Assembly: GCA_040755995.1 (NCBI GenBank)
Contig: JBFMAF010000037.1
Coordinates: forward strand, 64,001-128,000
DNA length: 64,000 nt
Reading direction: 5' to 3'
Source of the DNA: Acidobacteriota bacterium
Lineage (GTDB): Bacteria; Acidobacteriota; CAIWXX01
Positions 8,163 through 21,372 of the stretch are shown here, piece by piece. The first letter of the stretch is position 1. The number at the start of each line of letters is the position of its first letter. The translations under genes and the position numbers were made by a program. The notes below the pieces were generated by a model. The model saw nothing but the letters and a program-made list of their open reading frames with translations. It was not told the origin of the DNA and did not search any database.

Positions 8163-10175
8163 ATGAGACGGGACCTACTGTTGCTCCTCACGATGCTATC
8201 TTCGTCGATCCCCGCTCTCGCCTCCGACGCATTCACGCCCGCGGACCTGCTGAAGCTGAAACGTATCGGGGATTTCGCCGTTTCTCCCGACGGCAGGCAG
8301 ATCGTGGTCGAAGTCGCCCTCGCGGACCTCCTCAAGAACACGCGCGTGCAGCACCTGTACGCGATCAGCGCGTCGGGCGGCGATCCCCGGCAGCTCACCA
8401 ACGGCCCGACTTCGGAAGAAGCGCCGTGCTGGGGCCCCGACGGGAAACGGATATCCTTCTCATCGACGCGGGACGGCACGTCCCAGATCTGGCAGATCGA
8501 TGCGTCCGGAGGCGAGGCCCATAGGCTCACGTCCATCTCGACGGGCGCTTCCCAGCCGCTGTTCTCGCCTGACGGCAAGTGGATCGCGTTCCTGTCGGAA
8601 GTCTACCCCGATCTGAAGACCGACGCGGAGCAGAAGGCGAGGATCGAGGCCGAGGAGAAGGACCCGCTGAGGCCGCGCCAGATCGATCATCTGATGTACA
8701 GGCACGGGAGCTCGTGGAGCAACGGGCGAAGGCGCCACATAATGATCATGCCCGCCGCGGGCGGCGATGTCCGCGACTTGACGCCCGGCGACGTGGATTC
8801 TCCTTCACGCGCGCTCCGAGGCCGGCAGTTCGCCTTCTCACCCGACTCCCGCGAGATCTGCTTCGCCCGCAACGACGCCGCCGACACGGCCGCCTCCACC
8901 AACGACGACCTCTACACCGTCGACCTCGCGTCCGGCACAAGCAATCGCATAACCAGCAATCCCGCCAGCGACTCGACACCCGCCTACTCGCCCGACGGGC
9001 GCAGCATCGCATACGTGGCGCAGCGCCGCCCGGGGAATGAAGCAGATCGCTTCGAGCTGATGCTTTACGACAGACGTAGTAAGATTTCGACTCCCGCCGT
9101 CCCGGGATTCGACCGGTGGATAAGAGAGTTCCAGATCGCACCCGACGGCAAGACCGTCTACTTCGCCACCGAAGACGCGGGCCGCCGGCCCCTGTTCGCA
9201 GCTCCTATCGGCGGAAAGCCCAAGAAACTCGTCGACGGCGGCTCCATCACCGCCGTGGCGGTCAGAGCGGGCGAGGTCTTCTTCCGGATAGAGAGCCTGT
9301 GTGAGCCACCCGAGATCTGTGCGTATTCCACCGGGCGTAAGGCAGTCCGGAGAGTCACTAACATGAACACCGGGGTGGTGCAGGCCTTTCGGCTCAGTCC
9401 GGGTGAGTCGGTCACATATCCCGGCTCCGGCGGAACGGGCATCCAGGCCTGGGTCGTCAAGCCGGCCTCCTTCACTCCCGACAAGAGATACCCGATGGTG
9501 GTTCTCATCCATGGCGGACCCGAGGGGGCCTGGTCCGATGCATTCAACTGGCGCTGGAATGCCCAGATTTTCGCCAACGCGGGCCTCGTAGTCATGATGC
9601 CGAACCCTCGCGGGAGCACCGGATTCGGGCAATCCCTCGTCGACGAGATCAACCGGGACTGGGGCGGCAAGGCGTACGTGGATATCATGGCTGGGGTGGA
9701 GTTCATGGCGAAGCGGTCGTACGTGGACCCCGAACGGATCGCGGCGGCCGGAGGCTCCTTCGGCGGCTACATGGTCAACTGGATCGCGGGCAGGACCGAT
9801 CGCTTCAAGGCGCTCGTCAGCCACGCCGGCATCTACAGCGTGCCGTCGTTCTACGGCACCACCGACGAGCTCTGGTTTCCCGAGTGGGAGTTCGGCGGCG
9901 CGCCGTGGGAGAAGCCGGACGAGTACGAATCGTGGTCGCCCCACAACGGCGCGATCAACATCCGGACGCCCATGTTGCTGACGCATGGCGAAAAGGACTA
10001 CCGTGTGTCGATCACCGAGGCCCAGCAACTTTTCGCTGCTCTGCAGCGGCGCGGGGTACCCAGCCGGCTCCTTTGGTTCCCCGATGAGGGGCACGCGATC
10101 GAGAAACCGAAAAACCAACTGCTCTGGCTTGACACCATAATTTCGTGGCTGCGGAAGTATCTGGTAGAATCGTAA
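8163..10175 (+). CDS. Secreted S9 family peptidase (dipeptidyl aminopeptidase/acylaminoacyl peptidase) with PD40 repeats
   Basis: Signal peptide; SPDG repeats; IHGGP, NPRGSTGFG, GGSFGG, HGEKDYRV, PDEGH. Confidence 0.93.
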   Translation: MRRDLLLLLTMLSSSIPALASDAFTPADLLKLKRIGDFAVSPDGRQIVVEVALADLLKNTRVQHLYAISASGGDPRQLTNGPTSEEAPCWGPDGKRISFSSTRDGTSQIWQIDASGGEAHRLTSISTGASQPLFSPDGKWIAFLSEVYPDLKTDAEQKARIEAEEKDPLRPRQIDHLMYRHGSSWSNGRRRHIMIMPAAGGDVRDLTPGDVDSPSRALRGRQFAFSPDSREICFARNDAADTAASTNDDLYTVDLASGTSNRITSNPASDSTPAYSPDGRSIAYVAQRRPGNEADRFELMLYDRRSKISTPAVPGFDRWIREFQIAPDGKTVYFATEDAGRRPLFAAPIGGKPKKLVDGGSITAVAVRAGEVFFRIESLCEPPEICAYSTGRKAVRRVTNMNTGVVQAFRLSPGESVTYPGSGGTGIQAWVVKPASFTPDKRYPMVVLIHGGPEGAWSDAFNWRWNAQIFANAGLVVMMPNPRGSTGFGQSLVDEINRDWGGKAYVDIMAGVEFMAKRSYVDPERIAAAGGSFGGYMVNWIAGRTDRFKALVSHAGIYSVPSFYGTTDELWFPEWEFGGAPWEKPDEYESWSPHNGAINIRTPMLLTHGEKDYRVSITEAQQLFAALQRRGVPSRLLWFPDEGHAIEKPKNQLLWLDTIISWLRKYLVES

Positions 10176-10232
10176 GAGGGAGAAGGCGAGAGGGCAAAGG
10201 GTCAAGGTAGGATCAGCGCTGAGAAACGATGT

Positions 10233-10265
10233 CCGTGAACCGTGAACCGTGAACCGGGAACCGAG
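10233..10265 (+). repeat. Heptamer tandem repeat (CCGTGAA)x3 plus degenerate copies
   Basis: ccgtgaaccgtgaaccgtgaaccgggaaccgag; a purine-rich 7-mer run also lies at about 10172-10207. Confidence 0.7.
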
Positions 10266-10280
10266 TTCTTTGGAGGAGCC

Positions 10281-10835
10281 GTGAAGGAGATACTCAAGGA
10301 CCTGGACATACTGACACAAGACCGGCTGGATGACGCTACCAGGGCTAAGCTCCTGGATCAGACCACCGAGAAGGTGGGCAACTTCATCGCCAAGACCTAT
10401 TCGGTGAAAGACCACGAAGTGGCAATCATGCTGGTCAGCCCCAAGCAGCGCGCGCTGAAGTTCGAGTTCCCGAAGGCGCACCGGGGCAGCGGCGTCATCC
10501 CCGTGCGAGGCCGCGTCAGCGGCAAGGACTCGATCGCACTGCGTGCTATCAACACGAAGAGGGCCGAGCTCCTCAACTCGGTGAAGAACGTCAAGCACCT
10601 CGCGCTCTTCGAACAGGTCAAACACGCCGACAAGGCTCCCGTGCCCATCCAGAAGATGATGTGCGCGCCGGTCGTCACAGGCGACCTGGTGGTAGGAGTC
10701 ATCCAGGTGTCGCGCAAAGGTGAATCCGAAGCTGCGGCGGGTCCGGACTTCTCCGATGACGACCTGAGACAACTCCAGGAGATCGCAACCGAGTTCGCCC
10801 CATACTTGGGTAAGCTGATCCCGACCAGCTACTGA
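10281..10835 (+). CDS. Stand-alone GAF domain protein
   Basis: GGAG RBS before GTG; MMCAPVVTGDLVVGVIQV...DFSDDDLRQL GAF tail. Confidence 0.75.
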   Translation: MKEILKDLDILTQDRLDDATRAKLLDQTTEKVGNFIAKTYSVKDHEVAIMLVSPKQRALKFEFPKAHRGSGVIPVRGRVSGKDSIALRAINTKRAELLNSVKNVKHLALFEQVKHADKAPVPIQKMMCAPVVTGDLVVGVIQVSRKGESEAAAGPDFSDDDLRQLQEIATEFAPYLGKLIPTSY

Positions 10836-10891
10836 CCGGGCGGCGCATGCTCCATCTCGCCCCGAGCACACAGGCCGGCGCGCGCTGCTGA

Positions 10892-13613
<2,722 letters not shown>

Positions 13614-13623
<10 letters not shown>

Positions 13624-13637
13624 CCGGTCGCCCCTAC
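13614..13637 (-). repeat. GTAG-type REP-like palindrome spanning both stops of convergent genes
   Basis: GTAGGGGCGACCGGCTACGCCCCC on minus strand. Confidence 0.55.
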
Positions 13638-14806
13638 AATTCCCGCAGCGCCGATGCGACGACGAGACGTGTCGCGCGGATGGCGGGCGGCAGGCCGCCG
13701 AGTACGCCCATGATGAGGGCGAAGATCAGGCCGTTGGTGAGCAGCTGCGGCGTCACGCGGAACGCGAAGGCCACGTGTGAAAACGTCTGCCAGTTGAGCG
13801 TGGAGACGGTCAGGCCGTTCAGCGTCAGCGCGGCCAGACAGCCTACCAGGCCGCCGGCCAGCGAAATCACCACGGACTCAGTCAGAAACGACATGATTAT
13901 GCTTCCGCCGCGGAACCCGATTGCGCGCAGCGTGGCGATCTCGCGCGCGCGAGCGGAGACGGCGGAGTACATGGTGTTCAGTGCGCCGAAGACGGCGCCG
14001 ATCCCCATGATGGCGGCCACCAGGAAGCCCAGCACGCGTATCATAGCTGACATTGCCTGGGACTGCTTTGCGTAGTAGTCCACCTCGCGGTCGACCTGAA
14101 CGGTCAGGCGCGGGTCGGATGTGAGCGAGTCATCGAGCCGCTGCAGCGATTCCGGCGAATCCAGGTGTGCGGTGAGGGACTGGTAGATCCCCTGGGGTCG
14201 CTTGTAGGCCTGCAGGAGGACCTCGGCATCGCACCAAATCTCCGAGTCAAACGCGCTCCCGCCTGCGTCGAAGACCCCGACGATCTCCCAGTCGGTGCCG
14301 CCGAGGTGAAGATGCCCTCCTACGTCGGTGAATTTCACCGTGCGCAGAGCGTTTTTCCCCACGACCATTTCCGCGACACCCGGCCGGAAGAATCGGCCCT
14401 GTACCATCTTGACGGTGTCGCGCACGTCCATCGCCAGCCCGGAAACGCCGCGTATTTGTACGTTTGCATCCGTACCCGTGTCACGCCTGGGCAAGCTGGC
14501 GACGACCACGACCTCGGCCGATACCAGCGGCCGCCCGTCCGCGCTCTTTGCCACCCCGGGGGCCGTGGAGATGATGTCCACGTCGGCGCGTTGAACTACG
14601 CTCTCCATCTCAGAGGTCGCGCCGGCGCGCCGGATGATGGCGTTGCCCGGTGAGCCGGAAGCGACGAGAGTCGCCTGGAATCCCTTGGCCAAGGCGAGCA
14701 TCGCGACGAACACGCCCACGGCGCCGGCGATACCCAGCACAGCGACTATCGAAGTCCTCCAGCGCACCCTCACACTTCGCAGGTTGTAGATGATCGGGAT
14801 GGCCAC
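13634..14806 (-). CDS. ABC exporter permease (MacB/FtsX-like)
   Basis: NTMYSAVSARAREIATLRAIGF FtsX motif, four TMs. Confidence 0.9.
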   Translation of the reverse strand: MAIPIIYNLRSVRVRWRTSIVAVLGIAGAVGVFVAMLALAKGFQATLVASGSPGNAIIRRAGATSEMESVVQRADVDIISTAPGVAKSADGRPLVSAEVVVVASLPRRDTGTDANVQIRGVSGLAMDVRDTVKMVQGRFFRPGVAEMVVGKNALRTVKFTDVGGHLHLGGTDWEIVGVFDAGGSAFDSEIWCDAEVLLQAYKRPQGIYQSLTAHLDSPESLQRLDDSLTSDPRLTVQVDREVDYYAKQSQAMSAMIRVLGFLVAAIMGIGAVFGALNTMYSAVSARAREIATLRAIGFRGGSIIMSFLTESVVISLAGGLVGCLAALTLNGLTVSTLNWQTFSHVAFAFRVTPQLLTNGLIFALIMGVLGGLPPAIRATRLVVASALREL

Positions 14807-14807
14807 G

Positions 14808-15947
14808 CTAGACTCTCCTCAGGGCATCAACGATCTTCAGGCGCATCGCGCCTACCGCCGGAACAAGCCCGGAAGCCAGCCCAACCGCCGTTGCGAGGAT
14901 CAGGCCCCACACTATCTTCGCCGGCGGAAAGTAGAAAACGGGGAGGAACCCGTGCGTTGGATCGCCGCCGAGAGTGAACAGCTTGGCCAGGCCGATTCCG
15001 ATGATGCCGCCTATCCCCGCGATCGTCATGGACTCGCCCAGCACCAGCACCAGGACGGCGCGGTCGGAGAACCCCACCGTCTTGAGCACTCCGATCTCAC
15101 CAATGCGCTCGCGCACCGCCATGGCCATGGTGTTCCCCGTGACGAGCAGCAGAGTGAACAGCACAACCGCGCCGATCGACAGGATGAGCAGCTCTATGTT
15201 GCCCATCTGCTTCACGAATCCCGTCATGAAGACCTTCTCAGGCTCCGTAACGGTCTCGTAGGGCGAGTTGGCGAATCGCGTGTCGATAGCCCGGCAGATC
15301 TTCCCTGAGTCATCCGGGTTCTTCACCTTGACCATGTACCATCCGACTGTGCCTTGACCGAACTGCCGGCGCTCGTCGAGATAGTCGTATCGGAACATGA
15401 ACTGCGTCGTGTCGTCCTCCGGCCGCTTCCCGTCGTAGATCGCCCGCAGATTGAACTCCCACACGCCGGGCCAGATCGTGCCCTTGATCGGGATGCGGTC
15501 GCCGACCTTCCAGCCGAAGCGCTCAACGAGCTTCCGGCCAGCCAGGCACGACTCTCTGTCGCGCATGAACTCGGCCAGCTGCACCTTCGAGATGACGAAC
15601 TCGGGGTACATCCTCAGGTACGGCTCAGGCTCTATTGCGAACTGCACGAAGAAGTTTCGTTCGTCCTGGTAGACGCCGCCGAACCAGGTCGCGTGGGCGA
15701 CCTCCGCCACCCCATCGATCTGCAACATGCGTTCCTTGTAGGAAATCGGGAGCGGCATGATGAGCGACGTCCTGTTGCGCACAACCAAACGGTCGGCGCC
15801 CGCCATCTCGACACCCTGATAGAAAGCGCCGTGAATGGTCACGAGGAGGCCGTACAGAAACAGAGCGACGGCGATGGAGAGAACAGTCAATAGAGTGCGG
15901 GTCTTCTTTCTCAGAAGGTTCTTGACGACGAGTGGCAGGTACTTCAT
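14808..15947 (-). CDS. ABC exporter permease (MacB/FtsX-like)
   Basis: NLLRKKTRTLLT; NTMAMAVRERIGEIGVLKTVGF. Confidence 0.9.
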   Translation of the reverse strand: MKYLPLVVKNLLRKKTRTLLTVLSIAVALFLYGLLVTIHGAFYQGVEMAGADRLVVRNRTSLIMPLPISYKERMLQIDGVAEVAHATWFGGVYQDERNFFVQFAIEPEPYLRMYPEFVISKVQLAEFMRDRESCLAGRKLVERFGWKVGDRIPIKGTIWPGVWEFNLRAIYDGKRPEDDTTQFMFRYDYLDERRQFGQGTVGWYMVKVKNPDDSGKICRAIDTRFANSPYETVTEPEKVFMTGFVKQMGNIELLILSIGAVVLFTLLLVTGNTMAMAVRERIGEIGVLKTVGFSDRAVLVLVLGESMTIAGIGGIIGIGLAKLFTLGGDPTHGFLPVFYFPPAKIVWGLILATAVGLASGLVPAVGAMRLKIVDALRRV

Positions 15948-15956
15948 GGCGGCCGG

Positions 15957-16676
15957 CTAGGCCCCCTTCCGGCGTCCTTCAACGAGAACGCCCTTGTCCA
16001 GATGAAGCACCACGTGGGCCCTCTCCGCGGCGCGCGGATCATGGGTCACCATGAGAATCGTCTTGCCGTGTTCGTGGACGAGGCGGCTGAGCAGCTCCAG
16101 CACCTCGTCCGCGCTCCTGCGGTCCAGATCGCCGGTGGGCTCGTCGCACAACAAGAACGTCGGATCAGCGACGATCGCGCGAGCGATCGCGACGCGCTGC
16201 TCCTGCCCGCCCGACAACTGCCGCGGGTAATGATTCATCCGATCAGCCAACCCGACCACCGACAGCGCCGTCTCCACGTGGCGCCGCCGCTCGGCCTTGG
16301 ACAACTTGGTCAGCAGCACGGGCAGCTCGACGTTCTGAAACGCCGTCAGCACCGGGATCAGATTGTACATCTGGAAAACGAATCCCACGTGGCGCCCGCG
16401 CCATGCGGCGAGCTTGCGTCCAGAGAGGCGGTTTATCTCCTCGCCCGCGACGCGGATCGCGCCGTCTGTCGGCACGTCCAATCCGCCGATGAGGTTGAGC
16501 AGAGTCGTCTTGCCCGAGCCGCTCGGACCCATGAACGCGACGAACTCCCCCTTCTCGACGTCCAGATTCAGCCCCTGCAGAACGTGGATCGTCTCGCCGC
16601 CGCGCTGGTACGCCTTGTCCAGATCCCGGGCGCTGATGAGCGCGGTCCCGTCGTGATTCCCATCTACTCTGACCAT
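15957..16676 (-). CDS. ABC transporter ATP-binding protein (LolD/MacB type)
   Basis: [30 protein letters not shown]. Confidence 0.95.
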   Translation of the reverse strand: MVRVDGNHDGTALISARDLDKAYQRGGETIHVLQGLNLDVEKGEFVAFMGPSGSGKTTLLNLIGGLDVPTDGAIRVAGEEINRLSGRKLAAWRGRHVGFVFQMYNLIPVLTAFQNVELPVLLTKLSKAERRRHVETALSVVGLADRMNHYPRQLSGGQEQRVAIARAIVADPTFLLCDEPTGDLDRRSADEVLELLSRLVHEHGKTILMVTHDPRAAERAHVVLHLDKGVLVEGRRKGA

Positions 16677-16700
16677 GCCGTTACCCTCTCGTCCAGCGGC

Positions 16701-17936
16701 TCATTTCCTGATGATCGCCCGCTGGCCGTCTTTCAACTCTTCCGGCCCCTTGATGACGACCGCGTCGCCCGCGCCGATGCCCGCCACCACTTCGATGTCC
16801 GATCCCATCGCGAGCCCCGTGGCAACGGCCCGCCGCTCGAGCTTCTCGTCCCTGACGACGAACACGATCTTCTGCCCCGCCTCATCCCTAAGCGCCTCCT
16901 TCGGGACCAGCACTCGTTGAGCACCCGTCGAGGTGGCTTCCTCGGCCGTTCGAAGGAAGGCCACCTTGATTCCCATGTCGGGCAGGATGCGCGGATCGAG
17001 CTTGTCGAACGAAATGCGCACTTTCACCGTGGCCTTCTGTCTGTCGGCCGTGGGGATGGTCGTGCGCACCTTGGCCGGTATCCGCCAGTCAGGATATGCG
17101 TCGAGGGTCGCCTCGACCGGCTGGCCCGGCTGCACTCTGGCAATGTACGACTCGTTCACGTCGACCTCGATCTCGAGCGATTCCATGTCGACGATGGTGG
17201 AGATGCCTGTGCGAGTGAACCCGCCGCCGGCGGAGACCGGCGAGACGATCTCGCCGGGCTGGGCATCCTTCGAGACTGCGATCCCGTCGAACGGCGCGCG
17301 CACGGTACAGTTGTCGAGGTTGCGCTGTGCGACTTCGATCCGGCGCTCGGCGGCCTCCACGGTTTTGCGCGCAAGCGCGAGCCGGGCCTTTGCCACATCC
17401 AGGTTGGTGAGGGCGCGATCCAGATCCTCTTGCGTCGAGAAGCCCTTGTCCTTGAGCTCCCTTGTTCTCCACACGGTCCGCTCGGCTTCGGCGGCGTTCG
17501 CCTCGGCTTCGGCGACCGATCGCACGGCGACCTCGCGCTCGGCCACGGCAACATCCAGGCCTGCCTTGTATTCCGAGTCGTCGAGGCGCGCCAGCACCTG
17601 GCCGGCCTGGACGCGCATGCCCTCCTCGACCAGTATCTCCTTCACCTGGCCGGTGATCTTCGCCGCTACGGTCGCCTTCCGCCGCGGCGTCACGTAGCCG
17701 CTCGCATTCAGCACCGCGTCCGCTGCACCACCGGACAGACTCCTGGCGAGAGCGACCTCGACCTCCACCTTCTGGCCTCCACGCAAGATGACGACGGCCA
17801 GGACGAGGAGCACGACGACCGTTCCGATGGCTGCGACGATCCAGATCGCCCTGCTGCTTCGGGTCGGCTCACGCGCGTCCCGGTCGATTCTAAGCCCCGA
17901 TATGTCAGCCCCCGGCAGAGTCTTGTCTTGTTCCAT
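16701..17936 (-). CDS. Efflux periplasmic adaptor (MFP/HlyD-MacA family)
   Basis: N-terminal TM, LNASGYV, hairpin, VRAPFDG, EVDVNES. Confidence 0.92.
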   Translation of the reverse strand: MEQDKTLPGADISGLRIDRDAREPTRSSRAIWIVAAIGTVVVLLVLAVVILRGGQKVEVEVALARSLSGGAADAVLNASGYVTPRRKATVAAKITGQVKEILVEEGMRVQAGQVLARLDDSEYKAGLDVAVAEREVAVRSVAEAEANAAEAERTVWRTRELKDKGFSTQEDLDRALTNLDVAKARLALARKTVEAAERRIEVAQRNLDNCTVRAPFDGIAVSKDAQPGEIVSPVSAGGGFTRTGISTIVDMESLEIEVDVNESYIARVQPGQPVEATLDAYPDWRIPAKVRTTIPTADRQKATVKVRISFDKLDPRILPDMGIKVAFLRTAEEATSTGAQRVLVPKEALRDEAGQKIVFVVRDEKLERRAVATGLAMGSDIEVVAGIGAGDAVVIKGPEELKDGQRAIIRK

Positions 17937-17947
17937 GATAGGGCGCG

Positions 17948-17976
17948 ATTATATGGCCCGGTCGACGGGCGGTCAA
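17948..17976 (-). promoter_or_regulatory. Sigma70-type promoter of the ABC exporter operon
   Basis: TTGACC-N17-TATAAT, 11 nt upstream of ATG. Confidence 0.7.
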
Positions 17977-18064
17977 CAGAACGTTTCCTCCCCTGAGCGC
18001 GCGGCATCGCCCTTACTTCGGTGGACGGACCCCATCTGGGGCCCCGCCCAGGCCAGTACGGGCA

Positions 18065-18087
18065 GAGGCCTCTGCCGAGGCCCCTAC
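18065..18087 (-). repeat. GTAG-type REP-like palindrome downstream of cyclophilin
   Basis: GTAGGGGCCTCGGCAGAGGCCTC on minus strand. Confidence 0.5.
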
Positions 18088-18104
18088 CCGCCGATACGAG
18101 AATT

Positions 18105-18788
18105 CTACTTGCTGGGTTCGCCGGGGGCGATGACGGCGGTCTTGATGTAGTCGAGTTTCGGGAAGCTCTTCTCCAAGTAAGCGTTGCCTTCGGCCTGCGC
18201 GCGTCCCTGGTCGGGCCCGTTGCCGCGTGGGGCTCCTTCGCCGTAGCCGGAGTAGAAGGAATCGACCACATCCATGCCTTCGACGACCTTGCCGAAGGGC
18301 GCGAATCCCTGCGAATCGAGGCCGGCGTTGCGATCGGAGTAGTTGATGAACAGCTGGGCCGTGCGAGTGTTGGGACCCGCCGTCGCGAAAGTGATGTAGC
18401 CTCGCTTGTTCGATTGTTTCACGGGGTCGTCCTTGATTCGCGACTCGCGCCAGACCGTGTTGAGCCCGGGATCGCCGTTGATTCCGAACTGAGCCATGAA
18501 GCCGGCGATCACGCGGAAGAAGCGGCAGCCGTCGTAGTAGCCGTTCTTGACCAGGTTGTAGAAGCGGTCGGCGCCGACCGGCGCCCAGGCCCGTGTGACC
18601 TCGACGACCACCGTCCCCTTGGTCGTGTCGAACTTCGCACGGAAGACCTCCGGGGCCTTCTCATTCAGCTGAGCCGGATTCATGAGTTTCTCCTTGTTAG
18701 GCGTGGCGTAGATGGGGGCGACGGCGAGCGCCAACGCGACGACGCCCGCGATCGCCCACTCGTCGTTTCTGAGTCTCCCAGTCATCAT
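18105..18788 (-). CDS. Exported cyclophilin-type peptidyl-prolyl isomerase
   Basis: GGAGGAG RBS; signal peptide; FFRVIAGFMAQFG, QLFIN, FAPFGKVVEGMDVV. Confidence 0.93.
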   Translation of the reverse strand: MMTGRLRNDEWAIAGVVALALAVAPIYATPNKEKLMNPAQLNEKAPEVFRAKFDTTKGTVVVEVTRAWAPVGADRFYNLVKNGYYDGCRFFRVIAGFMAQFGINGDPGLNTVWRESRIKDDPVKQSNKRGYITFATAGPNTRTAQLFINYSDRNAGLDSQGFAPFGKVVEGMDVVDSFYSGYGEGAPRGNGPDQGRAQAEGNAYLEKSFPKLDYIKTAVIAPGEPSK

Positions 18789-18865
18789 TGTGTTCTCCTC
18801 CGAAACGAGGGGAATATATATTCCGGCAGGGCCTTTCGCAAGCGCATGCGATGCAAGGCGTCTCA

Positions 18866-20617
18866 TCACCGACGCAGCCATCTCACCCAGACGAATAGCG
18901 CTGTGATGCTCCCGAGGCTCAGAACACACAGCCAGCGGAATAGGGGAGCCTCGAAACGCAGCACAACGCGGTGGTCCCCGGGCTGCACCCATGTCGCAAT
19001 GAGGCCGTCCTTGTCGAAGACGGATACCCCGTCTTCCCGCACCCAACCGCGATGACAGTTCTGGTTGAGGAGCAGCATTGCGGGCACGGTCGTATCAGGC
19101 AGCTCCACGGTCACTCGCTGCGGGGACCAATCGATGATCCGGGCCGACCTGCCTTCGGGCTCGAGCCACGCCTCCCCACAGCGCGAACAACGAGAACGCG
19201 CGCCGCCCTCTACAGGCACCGGCTCGTAACATTTCAGTGCTCCACGACCCCGCAGGACGTCATCAGTCATCAGGGAATAGCCGCGCAGCATGAGCAGCAG
19301 GAAATGGTCGATGTCGGAGCGCTGAGCGAAATGATCGTCCCGCTCCGAGGTGAAGCGAAGGACGAATACCGACTCGACTGCCCGCGGCGTAACCAAGAAG
19401 AGATTGACGAGCAGCGCAAGCGTGACCCAGGGACGTCTGCCAAGCGCGCCGAGTGACAACGAGGTGGCAATCGAGAACATGAACAGGGCGGGCAGAATGC
19501 CCCGTCCACTGGCGCGCATGGAGCTGAGCACCGGTAGCTTGTGGCCAAGCGCCCACGGTGACCACGGGGCGAAGTCGCCGAGAACCCAACCTACCGATAC
19601 GAGACCCGCCAGGAGCCACCCTAGTACCGCGAGATCCCTACGCTTCACGGCGTGGAACACTGGCAAGCACAGAAGGGCGAGGAAAAGTGGGCCCACGTAG
19701 GCCGCATATTCGTGCCATCCCCAGCATTGACCCGCGAAATGCACGGGTCTGTGGAAGTCGAGGTCCGTCGAGAGCAACATCAGCACCAGCCCCTTCACCG
19801 AGACAATCTCCGGTACGATCGGGCGACGCACGCTGCGAAGCAGATGAAGAGCACTGGGGACAAGCAGGTATGCCGCCATGCAAAGGGTGGTCACTCCTGT
19901 CGCGAGCAGGGAGAGGAGCGGGCGGATGCTCTTTCCGCGAAGCGCTCGGGCCCCACACACGGCTGCAGCGAATAGTGCTCCGTGCACGAGAGGATAGAGG
20001 CCCCCTTCCGCGCAAGTCAACGCGAGCCACAACCCCCCCTCGAGCGCGCCACGAGCGAGGTCGTGTTCTCCCTTGCGCAAGGCCAGCAACCACCACGGCC
20101 ACAGGACGTACGGCATCACGCTGAAATGACCTACCGACACGTGCGCCAGTACAGCGCCGTTGCCCACCGTGGCCACTGCCGCATAGCGTGCGGCCCAGGG
20201 GCCTGCGCCAAGCGACCGTGAGTAACGACGTGTACCCTCGAATCCGAGCACCAGGAATCCCCACATAGCGACACGGCATCCGATGTTCGGTCCGAACAAG
20301 AGCACGAGCAGGAACGATGGCGAGTAGACGCGACTCTGGAAATTCTCAAAGAGCGGTGCTCCGCCGCAGTGAAAAGGGGTCCAGAGCGGAAGCTGCGCGT
20401 ACTCGACAACGCTCTTGTAGGCCGCCGTGGCATGGGACACGAAGTAGTCCCAATCCCAGAGGCCCAGACGATCGAGATCGGTGAACAGGCGGAAGCCGAA
20501 GAGCAGGGCGAAACCCACGGCCCAGAGCCATTCCAACGCCTCGCCCCGCCACCAGGCCTCCCGCTGGTGGGGTTGCGCGGGGAGGCCAGGCGACGAAGGC
20601 GCGCACTGGTCAGCCAT
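18866..20617 (-). CDS. Polytopic membrane protein, YfhO/GT-C glycosyltransferase-like
   Basis: DWDYF, LPLWTPFHCGGAP, EYAAYVG, about 11 TMs, YfhO-like C-terminus; start uncertain. Confidence 0.65.
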   Translation of the reverse strand: MADQCAPSSPGLPAQPHQREAWWRGEALEWLWAVGFALLFGFRLFTDLDRLGLWDWDYFVSHATAAYKSVVEYAQLPLWTPFHCGGAPLFENFQSRVYSPSFLLVLLFGPNIGCRVAMWGFLVLGFEGTRRYSRSLGAGPWAARYAAVATVGNGAVLAHVSVGHFSVMPYVLWPWWLLALRKGEHDLARGALEGGLWLALTCAEGGLYPLVHGALFAAAVCGARALRGKSIRPLLSLLATGVTTLCMAAYLLVPSALHLLRSVRRPIVPEIVSVKGLVLMLLSTDLDFHRPVHFAGQCWGWHEYAAYVGPLFLALLCLPVFHAVKRRDLAVLGWLLAGLVSVGWVLGDFAPWSPWALGHKLPVLSSMRASGRGILPALFMFSIATSLSLGALGRRPWVTLALLVNLFLVTPRAVESVFVLRFTSERDDHFAQRSDIDHFLLLMLRGYSLMTDDVLRGRGALKCYEPVPVEGGARSRCSRCGEAWLEPEGRSARIIDWSPQRVTVELPDTTVPAMLLLNQNCHRGWVREDGVSVFDKDGLIATWVQPGDHRVVLRFEAPLFRWLCVLSLGSITALFVWVRWLRR

Positions 20618-20958
20618 CGGTCTGATCCATTCGCCGAAGGGCAGCGAATGTACACGTGTCGCGCGGCAAGGAATGGGCAGTGTCGCGCGTGAACTGGGTC
20701 GACCCGACCGGGAACGCGCCCAGGAGCTTGAATCCGTGTGATCGAGCGCGCACGGGTTCGTTCTCCTCCACGAGCGGCGTCTTCCTCTGAACGCCTGGGG
20801 AAGGAAACGATGCGTTCGGCACCAGGACGAGGCCAATATGATTCGCCCTGCGCTCGTCTTCGGAAAAGAGCACATCGAGGAAATACGAAGGTCCGCCGTC
20901 TGGGATCGAGAACATCCTCGGAATGTACGACGGGACGATCCTTGCGTCAAGTTTCTCG

Positions 20959-21150
20959 TCAATCCTCGCGCTGAGCGGGCAGATCCCACCGCGCAATCCG
21001 CTTCGGATTGATTCCGTGCCTCTCGCCGAACCCCGACAACGACATCCCACTTCGCTGCCAGGCCTCCACTACGATCCGCGCGTCAGCCTCCCCCCAGTAC
21101 AGATTGCGTGCAACCCGCCGGACCAGCTCCGTTGCATGATCTCCGTGCAT
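20959..21150 (-). pseudogene. Truncated IS66 TnpA (OrfA)-like remnant
   Basis: W...IVVEAWQRSGMSLSGFGERHGINPKRIARW HTH pattern; no tnpB/tnpC follows. Confidence 0.5.
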
Positions 21151-21372
21151 CCCCTGCCTCCCTGAGTGCCCATCCGTGGGCATCTCCAGGATGCGACATC
21201 ACCCAGCCGATTCCAACATGGGAGGACCGTAGGCTTACCCACCGACATATGGGGGGCACTGGAGCCAAGTGCATACTCCACTATCGAGAATAGCAGCGGC
21301 TGCTGGGATCAAGCCGATACCGCATTTCTGTCGTTCACCGCCACCGGCCGCCCGGTCTGCTATAATCGCTGC

